A stretch of 64,000 bases of DNA from Octopus vulgaris (Eukaryota), in contig OX597835.1 of the NCBI GenBank assembly GCA_951406725.2, positions 11,098,001-11,162,000 on the forward strand, written 5' to 3'. The position numbers were made by a program, and so were the translations under genes. Below the pieces are notes generated by a model. That model saw nothing but the letters and a program-made list of their open reading frames with translations. It did no database searches and was not told the DNA's origin. This document shows positions 26,600 to 40,174 of the stretch, piece after piece (the stretch's first letter is position 1; each line of letters begins with the position of its first letter).

Positions 26600-26835
26600 G
26601 CAACCTTTTAAATTTAGACTGACCATATTTGGTCCAAATATTCTGCCTGTTTTATGTTCAAACTGACCAGATCTGGCTTCTTACACTTACCCGACAATGT
26701 CATTCTAAGAATATTCAGTCACATTATCCAAGTCTTGGAGCTACCAGGTAATGCTTGATTAATTTGATTAATTCAAAATGATGTGAATAAATAAGTATTA
26801 CATTTGGTAGAGTAACCCAAATGCTAAATGGTTAA
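26600..26835 (-). mobile_element. piggyBac-like MITE, family P2 (diverged)
   Basis: Reverse-complement homologue of 37299-37519. Confidence 0.65.
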
Positions 26836-27588
26836 CTGTACAAATTGGAGGAGGGAACTGTAAAAAATAAACCCAGGGCCTCTCATAGTTTGGGGATGGA
26901 ATGTAAACAATTCTATTAACCCCAGTATATGCCTCTTAGCTTTTTTATTGATCCCAGAAGGATGAATGGCAAAGTTAAATCCTGCAGGATTGGAATCAAT
27001 TTTATTAAATACAACAGAACAATTTTCCAATGCTTTATTAATATTTCATCGCCATTGATCTTTCTGCCATTGATCTTTCTCTGTGTAGAATAAAATCAGA
27101 AATAATATATAAGAAATTAAACATTTTTGAAGAATATTGCTCGTCTAAGATGCTGTTGTTGATTGTCTTTGGTCTCAAAGCTTTCCTGGCAGTGACTAGA
27201 TGTTGGTGGAGGGGGGTATATGCTTATGATGTCGTCTGTTTTAAATATTCACAAACTTTGTACATAACAGAAGAGTGTTCGGCACTTCAGCAAACATTGA
27301 GTAAAACCATCATTGTCATCATCATCTCCTCCTCCTCCTCTGCCTCATCATCATCATCATCATCATCGTCATTGTTTTATGTCTATTTTTTCCATATTTG
27401 TATGGGCTGGGCAGCGTTTATTGAGTCAGATTTTCTGTGGATGATGCTCTTACTGTTACTAACCTTCACTTGTTTGCAACTGAAGGTAATATTTCTCCAT
27501 GGTGGGACATGTTTTTATGCTAGATTGGAAACGACAGATGTTGTTTGTGTAAGAATGACATTCATTTTCAATGCATGTCAACACAAGA

Positions 27589-27619
<31 letters not shown>

Positions 27620-27679
27620 CACATATGTACATACATACAATGGTACATGCATGCATACACGCACATATATATATAATGA

Positions 27680-28524
27680 TAATAATAATGAAATTATTGA
27701 GTATAATGCCCAGGTGTACTACAGCTCATCAAAGGTGCACGTACAATGCATAGAATTATGTACAAAAGTCAGGAAGGTGAGCAATGTATAAGTCACAATA
27801 TACATGTGTGCATGTGTATGGAGTGAGGAATATCAGGTGTAGTTTTGGCAAATTTTTAAAGGATGCAATGTCTCGGCAACTAACGACTGATGCAGGTAGT
27901 TTGTTCCATGCTTACGCAACTCTGAGTGTGAAAAAATGTTTCCGAAAGTCATGGGAGCTGTGCTGTTTCCTGACTTTGTAGGCATGCCCACATGTGTTAG
28001 ACACATGGAGCTCAAAAAGGTGCTCAAAGTGGTTGTTGGTGCAATGGTTAATAATTTCCTTGGTGTTTATTAAGTCAGTTGCCAAACGTCAGAGCTTCAA
28101 TGTATTTATGCCCAGGGAAGCAAGGCGTTCAGAATAAGGTAGATGCTTGATGGGGGGTATTCACTTGGTTGAACATCCCTGAACAGTTTCCAGGAAGTCA
28201 ATGTCCTAAGCAAGATAGGGGTCCAGACTGGTGATGCAAATTCCAAGTGTGGCCAAAACATAGCCATATACAACCTTAAATAGATAGCTGGAGAGTGGCT
28301 GACAAAGGTCTTGCTGAGTGATGCCAAGACACCCTCAACCATCTTGACAATTTTAGAGATGTGTTTTGTCCAGCACAAATCGCTGCTGACAATAATGCCC
28401 AGGTCACGTTTACAAGAAGACTTCTTGATATTAGTGTTTTGGAGAGAGTATGTGAATACTGAGTTTTTCCTCCCAAAATGCATGGTGGCACACTTGCCCA
28501 CAGCGAGCTTGAGTTACCAGTCTG
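27680..28524 (-). mobile_element. 5'-truncated CR1/L2-group LINE with an (ATT)n tail, inserted in a SINE A
   Basis: KCATMHFGRKN...RDLGIIVSSDLCWTKHI...YMAMFWPHLEFASPVW matches the CR1-type RT C-terminus. Apparent TSD TATAATGA at 27672-27679 and 28525-28532. Confidence 0.85.
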
Positions 28525-29672
28525 TATAATGAGCTTCTTGCAGTTTCCACCAACCGAATCCACTCACGAGGTTTAAGTCAGTCTGTGGCTACTGGAGAAG
28601 ACACTTGTCAAAGATGGTGTGCAATGGGACTGAACTCAGAATCATGCCATTGGAAAGCAAGCTTCTTAACCAGGTAGTCATACCCACACCTCTACTTATG
28701 TGAAATCATTAGGTATAGCAAGGTCTTCCATCTCCAAAGTTGACATTAAAGAAACGAAGGTATTTCATTGGTGTTTCTACCTTTTTCTTGTTCCTGCATT
28801 TGGTAAATAATTGTTATGTAATAACACCATTATGTGGCATATGGAATGCATTTACTTGTTATGCAACATAGATTTCATAACATAAAGCAAACCATTTCAA
28901 TATGTGTCTACGTGTGGCTTTACTCGAAATTAATTGAGGCTTTTAAAATGTTTAAAGAAAACGTGTGGTTTTGACAATTGAAGATTCCATTTTCTGACAT
29001 GATTGACTAATATCCAGGCATAGCTCTGTCTGGATTAGCGTTGCTTGTGCTGCAGCTAAATCAAAATTGTGATTATTTTGGGTGTCAGATAAGAATAATC
29101 TCTTTGAGTTATTATGTCCAAACTATCTCGTACTATGTCTAAAAATATATATATTCTTATTAAGTAGAAAAATGGAAGTATTTTAAGTGTTCCATCGAAT
29201 TTCCTTGTCAGTTTTGTCACATATATAACTAAATCACATCGCAACATTCAAAGCAATCATTTTCATTGGTTTTTGTTGTTTTTTTTTTTGTGTTGTATTT
29301 ATTGCCTTATATTATTAGTTAAATAAAATTTATGATAGGAAGAATTATTTCCCCTGGAAAGTAACTGTTATATCCCACTCCCTCGTGCCTAATTTACCAA
29401 TGAACAATAAATATTGAATCAGATGTGCTATGATATTATTTTATTTTCTCAAATTAATCTATAACTATGAAATTAGTCTGTCGTTTCTTGTTGAGAAGAA
29501 TTGTAGACAGTGGATTATTATTCAATTGAGAATTTCTTATAATAATTTCTCTCTCTTTCTCTGTGTGTGTGTGTGTGCATGTGTGTGTGTGTGTGTGCGT
29601 GTGTATACACACTCACACACAAAGAAAAAGAGATTAATATAAGTTACTGTGTGTGTCATTTTTATCAATATA

Positions 29673-29719
<47 letters not shown>

Positions 29720-30543
29720 TTACATACACACACATGCACATATATATGTGCATATAAACATACAGACATGCACACATACACTCACACATGTGAAAGGTGT
29801 GGGCACATATTTTATGTAAGTATGTATGTCTGTATATATATTTATGTCTACCATTCTATCTCTCCCTCTCTCTCTCTCTCTCTCTCTTTATTTATATATA
29901 TATATATATATATACACACACATACTAGGCAAATAATGGTTGGTATCTGTAGGGACATAAAAAGTACAATTGGTAGTCTATTTTTTGAATGAAAGCCATT
30001 GTAATTCTACATAAATTTATTATTTCAGTCAGAATGTGTATAATATTTGTAGCAGCAATATGCATTTCCTTTGCACGCCTTCAAATATTACTCGCATTTC
30101 ATTAACTTAAATAACCCAGAGCCATCCCAACCATGACAATTCAGCTGATATGTTCATCATCATCATAATCATCATCATCATCATCATAATCATGACCATT
30201 GTCATCATCGTTTAATGTCTGTCTTCTATGCTGAGGTGAGTTGGATGGGTTGACAGGAGCTGGGGCAGAAATAGGTGTCTTTCAGTAGAGGAGATACAAG
30301 GCTATCTAAGTTGGGGAGAGAGTGAGAGGCAGAGAGATAGAAAGGGAGAGGTGGTAAAGATGTGATGGGGATGGGTACCTCAAGTTATGGAGCAGTGCCT
30401 GTATATAAGTGAAATGGAAGCAGAGATTGGATACGGTGAGTGTGAGGTGGAGGGGAGGAGGGTGTGAATGGACTAAGGCAGAGGAAGGGGATATCAATGT
30501 GTAATGTGTGTATATGTGTGTGTGTGTGTGTGTGCGTGTGTGT

Positions 30544-30574
<31 letters not shown>

Positions 30575-30999
30575 CCTCATCTTGCCATAGGCCCTTGACT
30601 CCTCAGTGGGGGCCATAGGGGTGCTGGTGTGACATAAGGCTTGTCTCTTGGGTATTTTTTAGACCTTGGGTAGGCAATCACTCTCCAGATGTGACCACAT
30701 CCGATGTCGTCCTTAAAGTGACAAAAAGACAGAAAGAAAGTGTAGAAGACTAAGTGACCCCAGTATACGTCTGGTACTTTATTTATTGAGTGCCAGAATA
30801 ATAAAAGAAAAATTTGTCCTTGCTGGGATTTGATCTCAGAATGTAAAGAGCTGAAATACTTAGCACAAAGCAATCTATCTGATGGCTGAACTAAGAACTC
30901 CACTAAGAAGCTGCCTTGCGTACAAAATATGGTTTGGTTGTGCAGTAAGGCATCCCACCTTTCTACCTTTTTAAGTTCATTTCTTACCCCTTCCAGTCA

Positions 31000-31370
31000 T
31001 TAGACTGACTCCCTGCTGGGACATTGCAGTGGAGAATTTTTCTAATTAAATAAATTGAACCCTGTATTTAATTTTTCAAGGCTTTGTACTTAATTTCAGA
31101 CTCTTTTACTGAACCACAAAGTTAAAGGGACATAAACACACCAACATTTGTCGGCAAGCAGTGGTGCTGGTGGGGGACAAAGACAGACACACTATTACAC
31201 AGACACACACATATAGAACAGGCTTCTTTTGGTTTCCGTCTACCAAATCCACTCACAAGGTTTTGTCCTGCTCTAAGGTATAGTAGAAGACACTTGCCCA
31301 AGGTGTCATGCAGTGAGACTGAATCCAGAAGTGTGCAGTTGGGAAGCAAGCTTCTTACCACACAGCCACA
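31000..31370 (-). mobile_element. SINE family A
   Basis: Reverse-complement match. Confidence 0.8.
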
Positions 31371-32070
31371 TAGAAAAATGTTTTTGAATTTCCATGTTTT
31401 AAATATCAGAAATTATTTTGGAATTTAATCATTCCACAAATCCAATTATTATTTTTCACTAATTGTTTCCTTCTTTTGTGAATAATTCTGATTTTAAACG
31501 CCCTGGCTAAACACCAAAATGCATTCAATATGGTGATGTCATTATTGAAGTTGGATCCACCAAATATTTTAATTAAATTCCCTAATTAACGCAAGCAAAG
31601 TGTGCTTATTAACTAATCAGGTGCATCAAATGTTAATAGAATAGAGTTTGAAAGATTAACAGCAAATACACAAGACATAATTAATTTTCCTGCAAAATTA
31701 TGGCCTTCTTTATTGTAATGCAATTTGCCCTGGTTGCAGTCAGGATGTAAACCACAATGAATGTAGCTGAATGCAGCTGAATGCAGCTGAGTGCCAGAGG
31801 ACATGCACCAAAACAGTTTGTGCCAAATGTGTTTGTCGTAAGATATCGTCATTGCAGGCACATTTCTCCAAGGAAAACTCTCTCTTGTACAAGCCTTTGA
31901 GCTTTTATATTGGTGAATGCATGTCAGAGCAATAATTTAAATAATAATCCATCAAAATCCTTCCACTTTTCTAACCTGGAAAATGTGTGTGTATGTGGGT
32001 GTATAAATGGTCACATGAAACTCCGAGTAAGTTTGTGAAGATTTTTTTTGGTTTTAATAAAGTGTATATA

Positions 32071-32444
32071 CAGGGTGATTGAAAAGTGACCATACATAGG
32101 AACAATTTATCTTTTTACAAGAAACAGTTTATAAGAGCACATTTTTTTTTATTTAACAGGCTCTATATGGTTACCCTTGTTTTGAATACACATTGCAATA
32201 CGTATACCTAACTCATTGTGAACTCATAATAGCACATCTGGTGATACGTGTGCAAAGGGGTTGGTGATGCATTCCTTTAAATTATTTAGGTCTTTTATCT
32301 TTCTGCGATACACCATGCCCTTCAAATGCCCCTAAAGAAAGAAATCAAGAGGTGTCAGATCAGGGGATCTAGGGGATTTTATAAACCGTTTCTTATAAAA
32401 AGAAATTAATTTTTCCCTTGTATGGAGACTTTTGAATCACCCTG
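32071..32444 (-). mobile_element. Internally deleted Tc1/mariner element
   Basis: TA-flanked TIRs CAGGGTGATTGAAAAGT.../...ACTTTTGAATCACCCTG (about 63 bp, imperfect). Minus strand encodes PRSPDLTPLDFFL*GHLKGMVY...RIAMCIQNKGNHIE, a transposase C-terminus. Confidence 0.9.
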
Positions 32445-32529
32445 TATATATTAAAATGTGACCGTGTGTGTATCGTTAGCAATTTTCTTTCTCTGTCTTC
32501 CCTTCTTTGGACTTTTTCTTTTTTTCTAT

Positions 32530-32564
32530 GTTTCTGACGAAGTGCTCTGTTTGAAACATGAAAT
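32530..32564 (+). ncRNA. Decayed minimal hammerhead motif
   Basis: GTTT CTGACGA AGTGCTCTGTTT GAAA CATG AAAT. Stem II and the cleavage triplet are damaged. Confidence 0.35.
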
Positions 32565-32691
32565 CCTCTTTCTTTCTTTCATTTCCTGAGCGTCCTATAG
32601 CACTGTACTTATTCCACGTATTCGCATTGTTGCGTTTTCTCTTTGTTCATGTTTGGATTAATATATATAGGGTGATTTTTTTTCGATGGCC

Positions 32692-32754
32692 TGATAACTG
32701 AAGAGATGCCAGTGTGGGTTTCTGCCCCGACATCCGAAACTCAGAGTTTTATCA
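32692..32754 (+). ncRNA. Type I hammerhead ribozyme candidate
   Basis: Stem I TGATAA/TTATCA (extends to GGCC/GGCT); CTGAAGA 32698-32704; stem II GATGCC/GACATC; GAAA 32736-32739; stem III ACTCAGAGT; predicted GUU cleavage after 32748. It lies in a TA-flanked island of about 115 bp. Confidence 0.75.
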
Positions 32755-32778
32755 TGGCTACCGAATAATTGTCACATA

Positions 32779-32836
<58 letters not shown>

Positions 32837-33489
32837 TATTCATATATCCAAAACATCAAAGTGTAGTTTGTATGTGTGTGTATATATATATAGATGTATT
32901 TTATATTTGGGAAAAAATTATATACTTTGTATTAATTTTGTTTCTTAATTGATTTTCCATGCTGGTTATTTGATAAATTTATATAGATTTTATCTTTATA
33001 TTCTGTATATATTCTATATCATGTATCTTATGTTAAAGTGTAGTGTATATATATATAATTTAATGACTTAATGTATATTTAGTATTTTTTCCCTGTAAGT
33101 TTGGATTTATATTCCCTCAAATAATTATTATATATATATATATATATATGTATAGAAATGAAAAATACACATTAAGTACAGAGCATCACCAATGAGTGAA
33201 AAAAGCATAAACACACGAGAGACAAGTACAGGACCAAATACCAAAAGCAGATAACTCGATCATCAGTTGTTGATTGTTTTACGGACCCATTTCATGCTTT
33301 TAACGACAAGATAGGAAATCTTCGTAGGACAGCAGCATCCAGAAATTTTAAAAATATGTATCAGGCTTAACAAAAATAAATAAATGAATAAATAAATAAA
33401 ATAAAATAAAAAATAAATACTGGGCTCAATTCTTTTGACATAAAATTCTTCAACTGAGTAATTACCAATTATGACTGAAACAAGTGACA

Positions 33490-33542
<53 letters not shown>

Positions 33543-33543
<1 letters not shown>

Positions 33544-33790
33544 AGAAAAATAAAAACGGAAAATACGCACACTTACATGGTTATAGTATAATTTTTAATG
33601 TATCGACCGGTTTCGCAATCGCTATTCATGATACAATGTTTAATTTATATGAAAAAATATATTTATATGAAAAAATATATTTTCATATAAATTAAACGTA
33701 TCATGAATAGCGATTGCGAAACCGGTCGATACATTAAAAATTATACTATAACCATGTAAGTGTGCATATTTTCCATTTTTATTTTTCTTA
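33543..33790. mobile_element. Near-perfect 250 bp palindrome with a hammerhead 3' half in each arm
   Basis: Arms of about 115 bp. GACCGGTTTC at 33605-33614 and GAAACCGGTC at 33718-33727. It follows a (TA)n(TG)n tract. Confidence 0.8.
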
Positions 33791-33849
33791 TATACATTAC
33801 AATCCACCATGTGGGGACAACCGAAATTCCTCTTTTCTGTTACTACTAC

Positions 33850-33885
<36 letters not shown>

Positions 33886-34391
33886 CTGCTTGTATATGTA
33901 TTTATTAACAAGTTGATCCACCCTCTCATTACTTGAAGTTTTATAGACTTGATTCAACAACTCACTCATCAGATGCCTTGAGTCAGAGTAGAAATATACT
34001 CTCAATGTGAATATGCTTCGCTGTTGAGATCTAACAAGACTGAAACATGTCTGTTGCTTTCACCAGTTGACTTTCAAAGCAGCATTGACTCCTAACACCA
34101 TTGTTTGCATTTTCAAAACAAAAATTGTATTATCTAATAATTTTATAATTGCCTCCTTTGTTATTTTTGCTTTTTGATTTTAAACACATTTAGAGGGAGA
34201 TTTTGTTTTCCAATCACATAGATAATATCATTTAATCAACGATTATATCTCTCTAAATTACATATATGAGTCTCTGCAAATGTATATAAATTCACACACA
34301 CAAACACACTGGCATACACATACATTCACACACAGATGTTAACTTTTGATAATATTCTGTATTTTTTAAAAAAAAATCTTACCCTTTTCAG

Positions 34392-34469
34392 CCGTGGAAT
34401 GAAATTCGAGAATGTATCAATCTTAACTGACTGCATCAAAGATATCATCCGAGATATGAGATATTGCTG
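34392..34469 (+). other. Candidate 78 nt exon
   Basis: Acceptor CCCTTTTCAG| and donor CTG|GTGAGT. One open frame reads RGMKFENVSILTDCIKDIIRDMRYC. No homology recognised. Confidence 0.35.
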
Positions 34470-34810
34470 GTGAGTATTGCTTTAAAATTGATATTTTATT
34501 CCACATTACTTGCAGCTAGCTATCGAGATATAAAAGTCAACAGAATTGAATATTAGAGGTGATGGTTGTTGTCGTATCAGAATGAATCAATTTTATTTTT
34601 AAAAAATAGGAAAATGCGATACATTGCTGTGCCATAAAAGAAAAAGTAATATCTCACATTTCAAATATTTATCTATCTGTTTATATATTTATATATTTCA
34701 TATGTAAATATTTCATACTTTTCATGAAATATATGGAGAATATGAAAGGAAAAATAAGCATTAGAGATGCTTTACCCCATGCAAAAACTACAGAGTCTGT
34801 GCAAACTCTT

Positions 34811-35688
34811 TTAGTCCTTTCGATATCAACCCTCCTGAAACCACCTCTGACTCTATAGTACAAATGTCTTGTTTTCATAAGTTTTGAATTAAAATCTTCC
34901 ACCAAACCTTAGTCACAATTTATGTTCCTGACACGAGCTTAATGATAACTAAATTATTTTACTAAATTCTTTGTTATATTTGAAATAATTGAAAGAAACA
35001 CAGAGCGTCTCAACAGAAATATGGCAACCAAAGGCTTAATTTATCCCTTTCAATACAAACCCAGCCGAAACCACCTCTGGTTCTGTAGTACTAATGTCTT
35101 GTTTTGAAAAGTTTTGAATTAAAATCTTCCACCAAACCTTAGTCACAATTTATATTCCTAACGCCAGCTGAATGATAACCAAGTTATTTTACTAAATTCT
35201 TTGTTATATTTTTTAAAATTAAATGAAAGAAACACAGAGCATCTCAACAGCAATATGGTAACAAAATGGTTAAAATATATAATAGAGAAACAATTCTTAA
35301 CCCTTTTGATACCCACCTGGCTGAAACTGGCTCTGGCTCTGAAGTACAAATGTCTTGTTTTCATAAGTTTTGAATTAAAATCTTCCACCAAACCTTAGTC
35401 ACAATTTATGTTCCTAACATGAGCTTATTGATAACTAAATTATTTTACTAAATTCTTTGTTATATTTGAAATAATTGAAAGAAACACAGAGCGTCTCAAC
35501 AGAAATATGGCAACCAAAGGGTTAACAAATGCTTAATTTACCCCTTTCAATACAAACTCAGCTGAAACCACTAATGTCTTGTTTTCAAAAGTTTTGACTT
35601 AAAATCTTCCACCAAACCTTAGTCACAATTTATGTTCCTAACACTGGCTGAATGATAACTAAGTTATTTTACCAAATTCTTTGTTATA
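34811..35688 (+). mobile_element. Four tandem copies of an approximately 225 bp piggyBac-like MITE (family P1)
   Basis: Copy 3 (35297-35525) reads TTAA-CCCTTT...AAAGGG-TTAA. The other copies start near 34811, 35041 and 35538. A diverged solo copy lies at 62752-62971 (-). Confidence 0.75.
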
Positions 35689-36157
35689 ATACTGCAAGAC
35701 ATCCTATGTGATATTCTGACAGTTCTGACCATCCACCCTCCTGCTGTGGTTGGTGGTTTTTCTTCTCCCTTTTTTTTTTATTGACCCTGAAAGGATGAAA
35801 GTTAATGATTGATTGATTGATTCTAGTTTCAGCTCATGAGCTGTGGCCATGCTGGGGCACCGCCATTTTAAATAAAAGGCCGCTGCCCCAAGTGAGATCC
35901 TGGGTGAGATTTGAACTTAGTGCTGAGAGAATTGGAACAAATACTGCAACATAATCTATTTGGTGCTATAATGGTTTTGCCAATCCACTGCTTTTAAACA
36001 TGCGGTTATTGGACATAAATTATACAGTTTAAGTGTGTGTGTGTGTGTGTGTGTGAGAGTGTGTGTGTACATCGATGTGTGTATGTGTGCTAACATTCAC
36101 TAAGTAGCTCATTTCTACAGCAGCTGATTTCTTACTTATGAATGCCTACATATACAC

Positions 36158-36531
<374 letters not shown>

Positions 36532-37298
36532 CACACACACACACATACATACATACATGCATATGCATGCATGCATGTATATATGTATGTACACACAGAT
36601 ATCCATACATAAAAAGAAAAGATGGATGTGCAACTGTAGAAGACCGCTACTCAGTAGATGTGACCACCCCATTGGCAATTGGCAAGGAAGGGAGGCTATA
36701 TATATATAATAACGAACTGTTGTATAACACTTATGTTACTCATTGAAAATTTACTTTTGTATCTGTTGTCATTGTCAACTCACCTAGTTATGTTACCAAA
36801 TGGTTTGAGAAACTACCAATTATCTCTCGGTAGTGTTTGATAAATAATTTGCTTCATTACGTTCAAGACACAATTTGGCGGAAGCTGGGCTGTTGAGTAA
36901 TTGATTTAGAATTTCGTTAATATCAAAATCTTTCAAAGTTCAGTGACATTAAGCACGTATTCCATAAATTAATTCAGCAAACACATTAACGCAAACATGC
37001 AGGCTTTTTCAAGAGTGTTGCACATGACTCTGTGACATTGTTCCTGTGGAGAATTATTCGGTGGAGCTTTTCTGAGTTGGGAAAAGGTTAATATGAGAAA
37101 AGGCGAGGCAGAGTTACAGAAGCGTGTGTACATATGAAGCAGTGAAAATGTTAAAGTAACAGACCTGACATAATACAAAACAATGTGTGTGTTGTAGTAA
37201 TTTTTATCTTAAGAATATAAGAAAGGGAATTTTGGTAATTAACTGATAAGGACTCCACAAAAATCTGCAGCATGGCTATGGACCTATGGTGGACTTAA

Positions 37299-37519
37299 CC
37301 CTTTAGTGTTCACATTATTCTGCCAAAACTAATGGTTTTTTATCCACATTGTTTTGAATTAATCATGCATTATCTTGTAGTTACGAGATTTTGATGAGGT
37401 AGCTGTTAATTTTTAAGATGATATTGTAGGGTTGGTGTGAGAGACCAGATTTGGCCAGTTTGAACATAAAACAGGCAGAATACTTTTGGCCGGATATGGC
37501 CAGTTTAAATGCTAAAGGG
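37299..37519 (+). mobile_element. piggyBac-like MITE, family P2
   Basis: TTAA at 37295-37298, CCCTTTAG...CTAAAGGG, TTAA at 37520-37523. Confidence 0.8.
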
Positions 37520-37671
37520 TTAATGAAGCTGGCCACTGAAATATTGATGTTGTAGAATGGTGTTTTAGTAGAAAAGCAGAAAGAATTAGTTGTTGACCAA
37601 CAAGTCCAGCTGCTGAGTAAAGACAAGCAAAAAAATATACATGTTTTTTTACATATATACAAAAAAATATA

Positions 37672-37842
37672 GGCGTAGGAGTTGCTGTGTGGTAAGTAGC
37701 TTGCTTGCCAACGACATGGTTCTGGGTTCAGTCTCACTGCTTGGCACCTTGGGCAACTGTCTTCTATTATAGCCTCAGGCCAACCAAAGCCTTGTGAGTG
37801 GATTTGATAGACAGAAACTGAAAGAAGCCCATCGTATATATG

Positions 37843-37873
<31 letters not shown>

Positions 37874-38089
37874 ATGTTTGTGTGTCTCTGTTTGTCACCC
37901 CCAACATCGCTTGACAACCGATGCTGGTGTGTTTATATCCCTGTAACTTAGCGGTTCGGCAACCGAGACTGATAAAATAAGTACTAGGCTTACAAAGAAT
38001 AAGTCCTGGGGTCGATTTGCTCGACTAAAGGCAGTGTTCCAGCATGGCCACATTCAAATGACTGAAACAAGTAAAAGAGTAAAAGAGAG
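37672..38089 (+). mobile_element. SINE family A
   Basis: Full-length match. Confidence 0.9.
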
Positions 38090-38469
38090 TATGTAATGAT
38101 GCAAGTTAACTTGGGATCCATTGAAGACAGGGTCACCTTTATTTTACTAAGGTATCTTCGGCCCAATGAGTAACTTGCAGAGTAACCCTTGCTTGCTAGG
38201 AGACCCATGTAGCCTGGGTTTCACCAGTTCCATTCCCTCAATTTGGATTTTTATTTGCATACACAGCATCGCTAGTTGCTACTCATTAATTATAAAATAA
38301 CTTTTTACATCTTATCAAACTTCGATATGGAACAAAAAAAAAAAAACTCACAACCTCCTCTGCCAACAAAATACTGTCGTTCCTGAAAATTGTTTTTTAC
38401 ATCTTCTACAGACTGCTCAGAGTTTATTTACTTCCTACACTTGGATCCTTGCCTCTTAAATTTACATCC

Positions 38470-38782
38470 CATCATCATCATCATCATCATCACCATCGTT
38501 TAACGTCCACTCTCCATGCTGGCATGGGTTGGACGATTTGACTGAGGACTGGCAAGCCAGATGGCTGCACCATGCTCCAATCTAATCTGGCAGAGTTTCT
38601 ACAGCTGGATGCCTTTCCTAACGCCAACCACTCTGAGAGTGTAGTGGGTGCTTTTACATGCCACCGGCACAAGGACCAGTCAGGCGGTACTGGCAACGGC
38701 CACGCTCAAATGGTGCTTTTTATGTGACACCTGCACATGAGCCAATCCAGCGACACTGGCAACGACCTCACTTGAATGTTTT
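38470..38782 (-). mobile_element. RTE 3' UTR fragment
   Basis: (CAT)n followed by the conserved 3' end. Confidence 0.8.
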
Positions 38783-38846
38783 TCACACACACACACACAT
38801 ACACACACGCACACTCATACATATATGCACACACACATGCACATAT

Positions 38847-39420
38847 ATCATCATCGTCATCTAACATCCGTTTTTAATGCTGGCATGTGTTGGATAGTTT
38901 GACTGAGGTCTGGGAAGCCAGGAGGCTGCGCCAGGCCCCAATCTGATCTGGCAGTGTTTCCACAGCTGGATGACCTTCCTAACGCCAACCACTTCAAGAG
39001 TGTAGTGGGTGCTTTTTATGTGCCACTGGCACTGGGGCGAGAGGAGCTGGTAATGACCACAATCGGATCATGCTTTTTACGTGCCACCAGCACGGAAGCC
39101 AGTCAAAGCGGCACCGGCATCAGCCACGTTCGGATGGTGCTTTTTATGTACTACCAGCATGGGGGTCACAACTACAATTTTAATTTGATTTGATTTTGAT
39201 TTTCATGTTGATGTACTTGACTCAATAGGTCTCCTCAAACACAGCATGTTACCCTACAATCCAAAGTACTTTTGAGTGGGCTGATTATGCGACACTGGTG
39301 TAGGTTACAGCTGTGGACTCACTTTATTTGCCAGGTCTTCTCAGTCACAGCATACCTCCAGAGGTCTCGGTCTTTTGTCATTGCCTCTGTGAGGCCCAAC
39401 ATTCGAAGGTCATGCTTCAT
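38847..39420 (-). mobile_element. 5'-truncated RTE LINE: ORF end plus complete 3' UTR
   Basis: Minus strand KHDLRMLGLTEAMTKDRDLWRYAVTEKTWQIK* (RTE C-terminus) runs directly into the minisatellite-bearing 3' region. Confidence 0.8.
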
Positions 39421-39427
39421 ATAAATA

Positions 39428-39958
39428 TCATCATCATCATCATTTAGCGTCTGTTTCCATGCTAGCATGGGTTGGACGGTTCAACTGGGGTCTGTGAAGC
39501 TGGAAGGCTTCATCAGGCCCAGTCAGATCTGGCAGTGTTTCTACGGCTGGATGCCCTTCTTAACGCCAACCACTCCGTGAGTGTAGTGGGTGCTTTTTAC
39601 GTGCCACCCGCACAGGTGCCAGACAGAGCTGGCAAACGGCCACGAACGGATGGTGCTTTTACGTGTCACCGGCATGGGGGCCAGACGAGGCTGGCAACGG
39701 ACCCGAACGGATGGTGCTTTTACGTGCCACCGACACGGGGGCCAGACAGAGCTGGCAAACGGCCACGAATGGATGGTGCTTTTACGTGTCAAAGGCACGG
39801 GGGCCAGGCGAGGCTGGCAACGGACCCGAACGGATAGTGCTTTTACGTGCCACCGACATGGGGGCCAGACAGAGCTGGCAAACGGCCACGAACGGATGGT
39901 GCTTTTACGTGTCACCGGCACGGGGGCCAGGCGAGGCTGGCAACGGACACGAACGGAT
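39428..39958 (-). mobile_element. RTE 3' UTR fragment with an alternating A/B minisatellite
   Basis: Units alternate CAGAGCTGGCAAACGGCCAC and CGAGGCTGGCAACGGACCC, three times. Confidence 0.85.
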
Positions 39959-39973
39959 ACATATATATATATA

Positions 39974-40046
<73 letters not shown>

Positions 40047-40174
40047 TTAAGTCACAGTATATGGATTCAACTCATCTAGTGCTACTCATTAAAAAAAAAG
40101 GCGCCTTAATGTATCATTTTACAAAACACATACAATATATTGTACGATATAAAAGAAAAACATGAGAAGTGTAT

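Noticed and set aside
33150-33400. Minus-strand GAAATGGGTC in a TA-adjacent island
   Set aside because: The 5' core is not recognisable in position. It may be a decayed family member but cannot be supported.
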